From: a virus
Lineage: Duplodnaviria > Caudoviricetes
Virus record (IMG/VR): IMGVR_UViG_3300025099_000028
Span: 1-54,514 of that record
Strand: one strand, 5' to 3'
Length of the DNA stretch: 54,514 nucleotides
Both the position numbers and the translations under genes were made by a program. The notes beneath the pieces are model-generated. The model was not told where the DNA came from. It did no database searches and saw only the letters and a list, made by a program, of their open reading frames with translations. This document shows, piece after piece, positions 9,561 through 18,189 of this stretch. The first letter of the stretch is position 1. Each line of letters opens with the position of its first letter.

Positions 9561-11048
9561 ATGGCAGATATCTTTAATTTAGGGACACCTACAGGTGCAA
9601 TTGCAGATAATGATCTGGGAGCAACCGGTGGCCGTTCGGGCACTGATCTTGATACCGGAAAACTGCGTCGAAGATTTAATTTCGGCGACAGAGTATCTGA
9701 ATTGATGATCTCACAGGATCCCTTTTTTCGATTCGTAAGTAAGGCTGCAAAGCAGTCAACAGACGATCCGGCTTTCAAATTTACTGAAAAGCGCGCATCG
9801 TGGCATAAACGGTACGGTTATGTAGAAGCTCATGGCTCTGCATTTGCAACTGCAGCTTCAGCTGCTGTTACAGCACAAGAAGCTGTGACAGATACTGTTT
9901 ATTTGAAGATCGGTACTGATTATTCAAATAGCGGTAATATGCAAAACGTACTTGGACAAACAATAGTGCATGACATTGGTGATGCTGATACACAACCTCA
10001 ATTTTTCTTGCCTGGTCAAGTAATTAAGGTTCCTGTATCTGCAACTCATAATGGTGCTGTAGCAGATTATCAGTTAGTTAAGATAACAGATGTTGATCTT
10101 AGTCTATCTGGATATGCTAAGTTAACAGGTACATGTATAAAAGGCTTTACCTCTGGGTATTTTTATAATCTTCCAGGTACAGTTGATGCTGGTTCAACGG
10201 CTGCAGGTGATGTTGCTGCTAATAATGAATCATTAGAAGCAGGTAGAGTATATGTAGTTGGTTCAGCTTATGCTGAAGGTTCTGGTTATCCTGAAACATG
10301 GAAAGATCAACCTTATGGTACAGGTTATGGGCAAACTCAGATCTGGAAAACATCAATGGCTATGACTAACTCAATGCGTGCTACTGCTCTTAAATATGAG
10401 CAGAATGAATGGTCACGTATTTGGCGTGAAAAGCTAGTTGAACATAAATGGGATATTGAACAATCTTTATTGTTTGGGTCTCAATATACTGATGCTGATG
10501 GCGTACAGTATACTCAAGGTGCAGTTGATTTTGCTCTTAACTTCGGTAATAAGTTTAGTCTTGATATCGCAACAAAGACAGCAGATGACTTCCTTGATGA
10601 TATGTCTGGATATTTAGATCCACGATATAATAATGGTAAAGGTACTATTTTCTTCTGTAACACAGAAGTTTATAACTGGCTCCATAAATTAGGTGGGTAT
10701 TTCAAGAACAATATTGAAATCTCTTCTAACTATCGTGCAGACATGGCTATCACAGGTAAAAAGAAGGTGTTTGGTGTAGATATTACTACAATCTCAACAC
10801 CTTATGGAGATATGAATGTAGCTCGTAACATCCATTTGGATGGTACTAATGTTAAGCTTCTTGGCTTAAACATGAGTCATTGTAAGTATCGTCCATTGGC
10901 AGGTAACGGCATTAATCGTGATACTTCTGTATACGTTGGTGTTCAAACATTAGAAAACAGCGGAATTGATCGTAGAGTAGATCTCATTCTTACCGAAGCC
11001 GGTATGCAGTGGGAAATGCCTGAATCACATGCTGTTTGGACAGCTTAA
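9561..11048 (+). CDS. major capsid protein (HK97 fold, SU10/DUF5309-like)
   Basis: position; DPFF, F.FTE, TQIWKT, EHKWDIEQSLLFG, STPYG, LTEAG motifs. Confidence 0.9.
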   Translation: MADIFNLGTPTGAIADNDLGATGGRSGTDLDTGKLRRRFNFGDRVSELMISQDPFFRFVSKAAKQSTDDPAFKFTEKRASWHKRYGYVEAHGSAFATAASAAVTAQEAVTDTVYLKIGTDYSNSGNMQNVLGQTIVHDIGDADTQPQFFLPGQVIKVPVSATHNGAVADYQLVKITDVDLSLSGYAKLTGTCIKGFTSGYFYNLPGTVDAGSTAAGDVAANNESLEAGRVYVVGSAYAEGSGYPETWKDQPYGTGYGQTQIWKTSMAMTNSMRATALKYEQNEWSRIWREKLVEHKWDIEQSLLFGSQYTDADGVQYTQGAVDFALNFGNKFSLDIATKTADDFLDDMSGYLDPRYNNGKGTIFFCNTEVYNWLHKLGGYFKNNIEISSNYRADMAITGKKKVFGVDITTISTPYGDMNVARNIHLDGTNVKLLGLNMSHCKYRPLAGNGINRDTSVYVGVQTLENSGIDRRVDLILTEAGMQWEMPESHAVWTA

Positions 11049-11060
11049 GGAGGTTTGATT

Positions 11061-11528
11061 ATGGCAATACCTTTTTACGGACAAAATAAAGATGGTGGCG
11101 TACTAGATGCTGTTGCAAGCGGTCTTACACGTGGTCATGAAGTAATGCCTTTAGCAGCTGATGCTACATTAAATGCGGCTGATAGCGGTAAAATTATAAT
11201 GGCGGATGCAACAGGTGCGGCTGGAGAAGTGGATATTGCACTTCCAGCTCCATCTGCAGGCCTTAATTATAAGTTCATCGTTAAGGAAAACACCCCAAGC
11301 CAAGACATTAAGATTGTTGCTACAGGTGCAATTGTCTATGGTGTTATCATGGTGTATTTTATTGAAGCAGGTACAACTGTAGATAACGTAGTTTTAGCTG
11401 CCGGATCAACTAATGTCTTAATTGATACAACAGCTAAAAAAGGTGACTGGCTAGACTTCTACTGTGATGGAACTAATTGGTTCATCAGAGGTGGCGGTTC
11501 TGTTACAGGTGCCTTTACAGTAAGTTAG
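11061..11528 (+). CDS. capsid decoration/auxiliary protein
   Basis: follows MCP; L.AADSGKI...LP....G.NYKFI...GD......DGTNWF. Confidence 0.7.
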   Translation: MAIPFYGQNKDGGVLDAVASGLTRGHEVMPLAADATLNAADSGKIIMADATGAAGEVDIALPAPSAGLNYKFIVKENTPSQDIKIVATGAIVYGVIMVYFIEAGTTVDNVVLAAGSTNVLIDTTAKKGDWLDFYCDGTNWFIRGGGSVTGAFTVS

Positions 11529-11538
11529 GAGGTAACTG

Positions 11539-12003
11539 ATGGCTAACGCAAAACTAGGCAGTCAAGCTTCTTGGAACAATGATTATGCTGAATCAATAAC
11601 TACTACTAAGCAATTAGCACGTGGTGATTCTGGCAAAATATTCTTTGTTGATCAAGGATCTGGCGCTTATGTTATCAGCCTACCCAAACTGTCTAGCGAT
11701 ATTGCTGGATGGAATGCTGAGTTTATTCTAAGAACTGCAGGTGATGCAGTTGAGGTAAACTGTTATGGCGTTCCTCAAGGTGGTATAGCTGCTGCTGGTT
11801 CAACTACTGATGATAGCGATTTAATGTATGCTGTAGAAATAGGGCATACAGAAGACGTTGACTCTGCAACAGATGGAATATCATTTGGCGCAAGCGCAAC
11901 GAGTCTTGGCGCAAGAATCAGAGTTACTACAGATGGTACATCTTGGTATGCTATGGGATTTGGTGGCATTGCTGCTGATATCGTAGACCTAGATACTGAC
12001 TGA
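11539..12003 (+). CDS. capsid decoration/auxiliary protein (paralog of previous gene)
   Basis: L..GDSGKI...LP.....GWN.EFI...DGTSWY. Confidence 0.7.
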   Translation: MANAKLGSQASWNNDYAESITTTKQLARGDSGKIFFVDQGSGAYVISLPKLSSDIAGWNAEFILRTAGDAVEVNCYGVPQGGIAAAGSTTDDSDLMYAVEIGHTEDVDSATDGISFGASATSLGARIRVTTDGTSWYAMGFGGIAADIVDLDTD

Positions 12004-12026
12004 TAACTAGTTAAAACAAAATAAAT

Positions 12027-12075
12027 CTGCCCCTTCCCAGGGATATTCTCTCCCCACGGAGGGGGTGGGTTTTAT
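12027..12075 (+). terminator. probable intrinsic terminator after the capsid genes
   Basis: GC-rich imperfect hairpin (ctgcccttcc...ggagggggtgg) followed by a T tract. Confidence 0.6.
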
Positions 12076-12087
12076 TAAAAGGATTAT

Positions 12088-12822
12088 ATGGCAAGACTAA
12101 CATTAAGTAGTAGAGTAGTAGCATTAACAGGGCTTAGTGATTCCACTAATATAGCTCAATATGTGTATGATGGATTATCTGATGTAGTAAAACATGTATT
12201 AAAAAAGATGCCTACTGATCTAGATCAATTTACAGTAACAGAGGAGTTTACAAAAGCTCCTTTTACTATTTCATCTGGGATTATTGCCTCCTTAAAAAGA
12301 AAGGCTGGAACTTTTGTTAATGATAAGGGTGTAACTGTAGATGATTATAGGACTGCATCAAAAGGCAATATTAGTAGTTTTACTAGAACTCAGGATACCT
12401 CCAGTCTATTATATCAATCAAAGTTTAATCCTGTATATGTTATAGACAAACCATTAAATACTCATGAGGGCAATGTATCGATTGATGTATCTCCAAGTAT
12501 ATCATCTGATGAACCTATAAAGGTTACATATGTTGATATGATTCCTTTAGGTTCAGTAAATGGACAGGCCTATGAGGAATTAAATCCATCTCTACATACA
12601 TACTTAGGTAATGTTCCTGATCAATATTTACATGTAATAATGTTATATGCAGGTATGAAAGTATTACAAAGAAAACTAGCATCTCTTATTCTTGATGAAG
12701 AAGATGTTGAATTAGAAGAGGCATTGCGAAGTAGGCTTGCAGATCTACTTAAAGAGTATCGAGAATATTTAGGTTTATCAGAGGCACCTCCACAACAAGC
12801 ACAACCATCTAGGAGAAGATAA
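12088..12822 (+). CDS. head-tail adaptor/ring protein
   Basis: position; VP.QYLHVIMLYA motif typical of adaptors. Confidence 0.65.
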   Translation: MARLTLSSRVVALTGLSDSTNIAQYVYDGLSDVVKHVLKKMPTDLDQFTVTEEFTKAPFTISSGIIASLKRKAGTFVNDKGVTVDDYRTASKGNISSFTRTQDTSSLLYQSKFNPVYVIDKPLNTHEGNVSIDVSPSISSDEPIKVTYVDMIPLGSVNGQAYEELNPSLHTYLGNVPDQYLHVIMLYAGMKVLQRKLASLILDEEDVELEEALRSRLADLLKEYREYLGLSEAPPQQAQPSRRR

Positions 12823-13097
12823 TGAAAGTACAAGAATTAATGGAAAGAGTTGGAAGTACTAATACAGGGCTAATGATAGCATATATTAAAGATGGATTAG
12901 AAGAAATGAATATTGACAATGAAACAAGTATAACTAATTCTAAGATTGATATTGTAAAGAATCAAAGGATGTATGATCTTCCTTCAGATGCCCTCCAGAT
13001 TACTGGAGTTAGAGTTAAGAATAATAATACTACTACAGGAGCTTATACCCCTGTAGGAAGAATAATGGGCAAAATATTTAAAGGTGATAATAGTTAA
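12822..13097 (+). CDS. tail ring/adaptor-like protein
   Basis: IVKNQRMYDLPSD..QI..VR motif. Confidence 0.6.
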   Translation: MKVQELMERVGSTNTGLMIAYIKDGLEEMNIDNETSITNSKIDIVKNQRMYDLPSDALQITGVRVKNNNTTTGAYTPVGRIMGKIFKGDNS

Positions 13098-13543
13098 TGG
13101 CTGAATCAAAAAAATATGCATATTTTATAAAAGGTGGGAAGTTAGGGCTTGTTGAGTCTAGCACCAGTGAGGGCACTGGGCTTGAATATGCAGATGAATA
13201 CCCTAGAGTAACCCCTGGTAGTAGGACATCAGGATTAAGCGCTGTAATATCTGGATTTGATGGTTGGGTAAGCCCTAAGGCGGATTTAACTAATGGGATT
13301 GAGATAGAATATACATCTGTTGCCGGAGAGAACCTTTCAGATGAATCTTCAGAGATCCCAGTATCAGATTACTTAGCTAAAGCATTAATCTATTATATTA
13401 AAGCTAGATTATCAGAAGCTGAGAAAGATTTTCAAACGAGAGAATATTATATGAAACAATTTTACAAAGGTATAGAAAAGAATAATAATGCCAAGATTTA
13501 CGGAGCTCGAAGAGTTTCCCCTGGCAATCATAGAATTAAATAA
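13097..13543 (+). CDS. tail ring/adaptor-like protein
   Basis: IEY...EIP...LAKALIYYIKA..E...YY..QF motif. Confidence 0.6.
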   Translation: MAESKKYAYFIKGGKLGLVESSTSEGTGLEYADEYPRVTPGSRTSGLSAVISGFDGWVSPKADLTNGIEIEYTSVAGENLSDESSEIPVSDYLAKALIYYIKARLSEAEKDFQTREYYMKQFYKGIEKNNNAKIYGARRVSPGNHRIK

Positions 13544-13595
13544 CAATAAACGAGCCCATTCACGGACGGTCAGTCCTTAGGGCAGGAGGTTAAAT

Positions 13596-13940
13596 ATGGC
13601 AAACTTACATAAATTAACAGTACAAGAAGCACTAAATGCATCAACCGGTAATTCTGGTAATTGGAGTGTAAACTCAAGGCAAACGATTAATGCAACTGGT
13701 GGGACAACAATTCATCTTGAATTAAATTCTGGTACTCATATTCTTTTATTACAACCAACAGTTGATACTCAAATTAGTTTTACTATAGCAGAAACAGATA
13801 TTGTTGCAAATGATGATATATCAATTCCAGGAGGTACTTTAACATCAATGCAAGTACCAAGGGGCATAGGGAATACTATTATTCTTAATATGCTTAGTAA
13901 TAGTGCTGCTACCGGTACTATGAGAGTAGTGGAGGTATAA
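13596..13940 (+). CDS. virion structural protein
   Basis: AGGAGG SD; beta-rich 114-aa protein preceding the fibre gene. Confidence 0.6.
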   Translation: MANLHKLTVQEALNASTGNSGNWSVNSRQTINATGGTTIHLELNSGTHILLLQPTVDTQISFTIAETDIVANDDISIPGGTLTSMQVPRGIGNTIILNMLSNSAATGTMRVVEV

Positions 13941-13941
13941 T

Positions 13942-16116
13942 ATGCTGAATGGAATGATAAACTCAATATCTGGAGCAAGTGTTTCTGGTGGAAGTTCTGC
14001 TGAAATACATTCAGATAAAACTAGAGATAATTATGGAATGGGTGAAAATCTAGTATTTAATACTAATTCTACTAACAATATAGCTATTGGTGAAGATGCT
14101 TTAAATAGTACTGGTAATGCTGCTCACTATAATATTGCTCTTGGTACTGAGGCTTTAACTGCAAATGCTACAGGCGATGGTAATGTAGGTATAGGTCATG
14201 GTGCTGGAAAGATGCTTGTAACAGGTATTAATAATGTTATAATAGGTTATGGGGCTATGGATGCAGCAGCTGGAAGTGAGGAATATAATGTAGTTATAGG
14301 TAGTGATGCTATGGGTGCAGTTGATGAAGGCACAGGTGGAGGTTCGGCTAATTCTAATATTGCCATAGGGCATGAAGCTGCAAAAGGTGCTGATTTTGCT
14401 GGGGCTAATAGAAGTTTTATTGGTCATGTTGCTATTGGTCATCAAGCATTAGCAACAGGTAGTACAACTACTTCTACCACAGGAAATGTAGCTATAGGGT
14501 ATCAGGCTCTTACTGCAAGTGAAGGAGTAGGTGGTCAAGTAGCTATTGGCTATCAAGCTGGAAAAGCTTTAACAGATGGAGTTGCCAATCTAGCCATTGG
14601 TTATAATGCTATGCTAGAGCATACTACAGGTGGATACAATATAGCTATTGGTTATGGGGCTATGGATGATACAGGGGCGAATGATTGCCCTGAATCTACA
14701 GATAATGTATTTATAGGTTATCATTCTGGTGGTGGTACATGGACTACAGATGATTCCAATTACAATGTAGGTGTAGGAAACTATACTATGGATTTCCAAA
14801 TGAATGGGGCTATACATAATTCAGCTCTAGGGTATCATGCATTAGGGGGAATAACAAGTGGGACTAATAATACAGCTCTTGGTAGTAATGCTGGATTGTC
14901 TGTTAGTACAGGGATAAATAATACATTCGTTGGTAGTGGCTGTGGAGATGCAGTTACTACTACAAACAATAATACAGCTGTTGGTTATGCTGCTTTATCG
15001 GCAGGAGCTGGAGTTGGAAATACTGCTATGGGATATTCAGCAGGGACTAATCTTACTTCTGGTACATATAATACTGCTATAGGCTATAACGCTATGCAGA
15101 CTTCTGCAGCTACACACAACGCTGTTGCTATAGGCTCACACGCACTATATAGTGCTAGTGCAGATGATACTAATGGCACAGTTGCTATTGGTCAAGCTGC
15201 CGCATACAAGTATGCTCCTACTTCTGGAGGTACTTATACTGGAGCATCTACTATCATCGGATACCATGCTGGATATGATGATACTGGGGCTGGAGGAGGA
15301 CTAACAACAGGAATACAAAATACTGCTGTAGGGCATGAAACTTTAGGTGCTAATGCAGGAGATGGAGTTGCCTTAACAGGTAGTGGTAATACTGTAATGG
15401 GATATAGGGCTGGGTATGGGCTGAATGGTAGTTCCTCTTATAATACATTGATTGGTCGTCAAGCAGGAGATGCCGTGACTACAGGTGCAGGGAATACTGC
15501 TGTTGGTTATAATGCAGATGTACCAGCTCAAGGAACTTATCAAACAGCTATAGGTTATGCTGCTGTATCTCAAAATAACAATGAAACTCGTGTAGGAATG
15601 CATGGTGGGTTTCAATTTTACAGCAGAGAGATTACCTGTGATTTAGGGGGGGGTGCTGAAAATGACCCTGCCCACGCAACTCCTATAGGTAAAATCCCAC
15701 GATATGCCGTTATCACAAGAGCAACAGCAGTAGTGATTGGATTAAGTTCTGATGCTAATCATACTTTAAAGCTTGTACTAGCTACAGATGGAACTGGTGC
15801 AGATAATACTGCATTAAGCGGAGTGCAAGAGGTCATTGGAGCAGGTGCATCTAACTCATGGAGTTCTACAGGTGCAGCTGGAGCAGCCGCTGATATAAAT
15901 GTCGCAAGTGGAGCTGTTGAAAAAACAGCATATACAGCAATCCCTTATGACCCAGCAGGGGCAACAGATTCAGGTCTTGCAGCCTTAGATACAACTGGAG
16001 GAGATTTATCTCTATACTTAGCTTTTGCAGATACTAATTACACTAATGGTGATTCATCTAACCCAAGTACAGCACCTATAGTTAGAGTATATATAGAGTT
16101 CGCAGGTCAAGATTAA
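13942..16116 (+). CDS. tail fibre/adhesin with YadA-head-like (N-x-A-I/V-G-x-x-A) repeats
   Basis: many ~14-aa NxAIGxxA repeats; Gly/Ala/Thr rich. Confidence 0.8.
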   Translation: MLNGMINSISGASVSGGSSAEIHSDKTRDNYGMGENLVFNTNSTNNIAIGEDALNSTGNAAHYNIALGTEALTANATGDGNVGIGHGAGKMLVTGINNVIIGYGAMDAAAGSEEYNVVIGSDAMGAVDEGTGGGSANSNIAIGHEAAKGADFAGANRSFIGHVAIGHQALATGSTTTSTTGNVAIGYQALTASEGVGGQVAIGYQAGKALTDGVANLAIGYNAMLEHTTGGYNIAIGYGAMDDTGANDCPESTDNVFIGYHSGGGTWTTDDSNYNVGVGNYTMDFQMNGAIHNSALGYHALGGITSGTNNTALGSNAGLSVSTGINNTFVGSGCGDAVTTTNNNTAVGYAALSAGAGVGNTAMGYSAGTNLTSGTYNTAIGYNAMQTSAATHNAVAIGSHALYSASADDTNGTVAIGQAAAYKYAPTSGGTYTGASTIIGYHAGYDDTGAGGGLTTGIQNTAVGHETLGANAGDGVALTGSGNTVMGYRAGYGLNGSSSYNTLIGRQAGDAVTTGAGNTAVGYNADVPAQGTYQTAIGYAAVSQNNNETRVGMHGGFQFYSREITCDLGGGAENDPAHATPIGKIPRYAVITRATAVVIGLSSDANHTLKLVLATDGTGADNTALSGVQEVIGAGASNSWSSTGAAGAAADINVASGAVEKTAYTAIPYDPAGATDSGLAALDTTGGDLSLYLAFADTNYTNGDSSNPSTAPIVRVYIEFAGQD

Positions 16117-16145
16117 ATAAAACTTAAATAAAAAGGAAAGTAACG

Positions 16146-16463
16146 ATGCGATATAAAGACTGGAGCACATTAAAAGCTGCTGGTAAAGTATCTTTTAAAG
16201 AGATAGCAGCAGTAGCACAAGTAGACGAAGTGCTTAATAAAGATGGAAGCATTAAGACAGCTGGCGTTTCATCTCAAAAAGCATATACTGTGCTTGAAAG
16301 GAAATCTTACGATCCAGATACAGGGGCAGAATCTACTGTTGAAGAGAGATTAAGTCAAGTTGATTTGGAACGTAGAAAGTCAGAACTTACAGCTGAACTA
16401 GCAAAAGTACAAGCCGAACTTACGGAAGTTGGCAAAATGATAACTGCAATCAAAAAGGTATAA
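16146..16463 (+). CDS. hypothetical protein (possible fibre chaperone)
   Basis: follows fibre gene; C-terminal coiled coil. Confidence 0.6.
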   Translation: MRYKDWSTLKAAGKVSFKEIAAVAQVDEVLNKDGSIKTAGVSSQKAYTVLERKSYDPDTGAESTVEERLSQVDLERRKSELTAELAKVQAELTEVGKMITAIKKV

Positions 16464-16465
16464 TA

Positions 16466-16687
16466 ATGAAAACTAAAAAGGTAACATCTAAAGAAGTAAC
16501 TGATTCTAAAGTATCTGAAAATGGAACAATAGATAAACCAACTCCTGAAGAAGAGTTAGAATCTATTAAGTTGCAATATCAAGATTCAATAGAAAAGCAG
16601 CAACAATACGCTGCTATTGCTCAAAGATGTTTGGGAGCGATTGAAATTCTCGAGAGATTAATCGGAATCGAGGATACTAGTGAGTGA
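16466..16687 (+). CDS. small coiled-coil protein
   Basis: QRCLGAIEILE; coupled to neighbours. Confidence 0.6.
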   Translation: MKTKKVTSKEVTDSKVSENGTIDKPTPEEELESIKLQYQDSIEKQQQYAAIAQRCLGAIEILERLIGIEDTSE

Positions 16688-16826
16688 TTCACTTAAAGCT
16701 ATAGGGACTAGTGCCGGAACTATATTAGTTAATGTATGGGAGCTAGTCCCTGAGGCACTAGGAGTTGTATTGATCGTAATGAATATAATCTATATATGGC
16801 TCAAAATCAAGAGATTATCTAAATAA
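16680..16826 (+). CDS. small membrane protein, holin-like
   Basis: GTG start after GAGG; MSDSLKAIGTSAGTILVNVWELVPEALGVVLIVMNIIYIWLKIKRLSK. Confidence 0.55.
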   Translation: MSDSLKAIGTSAGTILVNVWELVPEALGVVLIVMNIIYIWLKIKRLSK

Positions 16827-16844
16827 ACTAATCAGGGAGAGAAG

Positions 16845-17630
16845 ATGGGTAGATGGAAAAAGGGAACTGTTAAAAGGGCAATTGTAACCCCAGACAAACA
16901 TTTCCCCCTTGCAGATAAACCAGCAATGAATTGTTTAACACAAGCAATCGAAATAGTTAAACCAGATATATATATTGATCTGGGTGATGTGGGAGAATGG
17001 AGTGGCTGCTCCCATTGGCAATGGAATAGAAAGAAGAGGCCACCACTAGAGTATCAAATGCCATTTATTGATGAAGATATACATGATGTTAATGAGGGTA
17101 TGGATCAGGTGGACAAGGCTTTAGATAAGGCCAAGTGCAGGCAGAGGCATATGATCGAAGGAAATCATGATGCTTGGATGAATGCCTTTGTTGCAGAAAA
17201 TCCCTTCTTAAAGAGCGACTACTTATTTAAGAATGCGGTCAGGCTTAAAGAGAGAAAGTATAATTATCATAAAAATGGTGATTTTTTAACAATAGGGAAG
17301 TTAAACTTTTATCATGGGAATCATTACGCTACTATCAATCATGCTCGCAATCACTTAGCTAAGCTTGGTACTAATGTAATGTATGGGCATCACCATGATA
17401 TACAGCAGGCTAGTGTCACTCACTTAGGTGGGCAGAAATCTGCTTGGAGTATTGGATGCTTAAAAGATATGAGCAAAGAGAAAAATGCATGGTTAGGTGG
17501 AAGACAGCACAATTGGTCTCATGCCTTTGCCGTAGTAGACTTCTATGATAAGGGACTGTTTACTGTCCATGTCGTACAGATAGTAAATGGAAAGACAAGT
17601 TTATGGGGAGAAGTACTGGATGGTAATTAA
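16845..17630 (+). CDS. calcineurin-like metallophosphoesterase
   Basis: PDKH, LGD, GNHD, HG and GHHH motifs. Confidence 0.9.
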   Translation: MGRWKKGTVKRAIVTPDKHFPLADKPAMNCLTQAIEIVKPDIYIDLGDVGEWSGCSHWQWNRKKRPPLEYQMPFIDEDIHDVNEGMDQVDKALDKAKCRQRHMIEGNHDAWMNAFVAENPFLKSDYLFKNAVRLKERKYNYHKNGDFLTIGKLNFYHGNHYATINHARNHLAKLGTNVMYGHHHDIQQASVTHLGGQKSAWSIGCLKDMSKEKNAWLGGRQHNWSHAFAVVDFYDKGLFTVHVVQIVNGKTSLWGEVLDGN

Positions 17631-17893
17631 TGGATATATTTGCAATAGTAGAGAAGTTTGGAATACCGGTAGCTGTTGCTATGGCTTTCGGTTTCTTTAT
17701 ATGGAAGCAAAACAAATTCATTCAAGATACCTTGATGGAGGAATTAGAAGAGAGTTTTAAAAGATTGGAAGGCATTATCATACAGTTGATCAATCAACAA
17801 AAGTTAATGCAAATAGAGCAAAAAGGGATTGAAAAATCCTTTAAGTCAATAGTAACAATAATATCAAAGTTAATGAAAAAGGATACAAAATGA
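17630..17893 (+). CDS. holin-like membrane protein
   Basis: one N-terminal TM helix (FGIPVAVAMAFGFFIW) plus coiled coil. Confidence 0.6.
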   Translation: MDIFAIVEKFGIPVAVAMAFGFFIWKQNKFIQDTLMEELEESFKRLEGIIIQLINQQKLMQIEQKGIEKSFKSIVTIISKLMKKDTK

Positions 17894-18087
17894 GTATATT
17901 TAGCAAATTAGGGGATGACATTATAGATGAAGTATTTAATGATGAACTACAAAAAGAAGTAGTAAAGGCATTAAATGACAGTGTTGATATTCCTTTCTTA
18001 TCAGAGAAGACAGAAGAGAAGATTATGAATGCAGTATATGATACTGTTGAAGGCGTAATAAAGGCGGCGTTAAAGAAAGCATTATAA
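17890..18087 (+). CDS. hypothetical protein
   Basis: LN..VDIPFLSEKTEEKI; coupled to neighbours. Confidence 0.6.
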   Translation: MSIFSKLGDDIIDEVFNDELQKEVVKALNDSVDIPFLSEKTEEKIMNAVYDTVEGVIKAALKKAL

Positions 18088-18189
18088 TGCATAAAGAAAA
18101 GAAAGATCCTCGTGTTGAAGATTGGGAAAGATATGAGGGGAATGGCGATGAGTTATATTCATATTTAAAGAAAAAAGGGAAGCATCAAC

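Noticed and set aside
13942-16116. CRISPR array or DGR variable/template repeats
   Set aside because: Repeats are degenerate, in-frame protein repeats; no reverse transcriptase or cas genes were seen.
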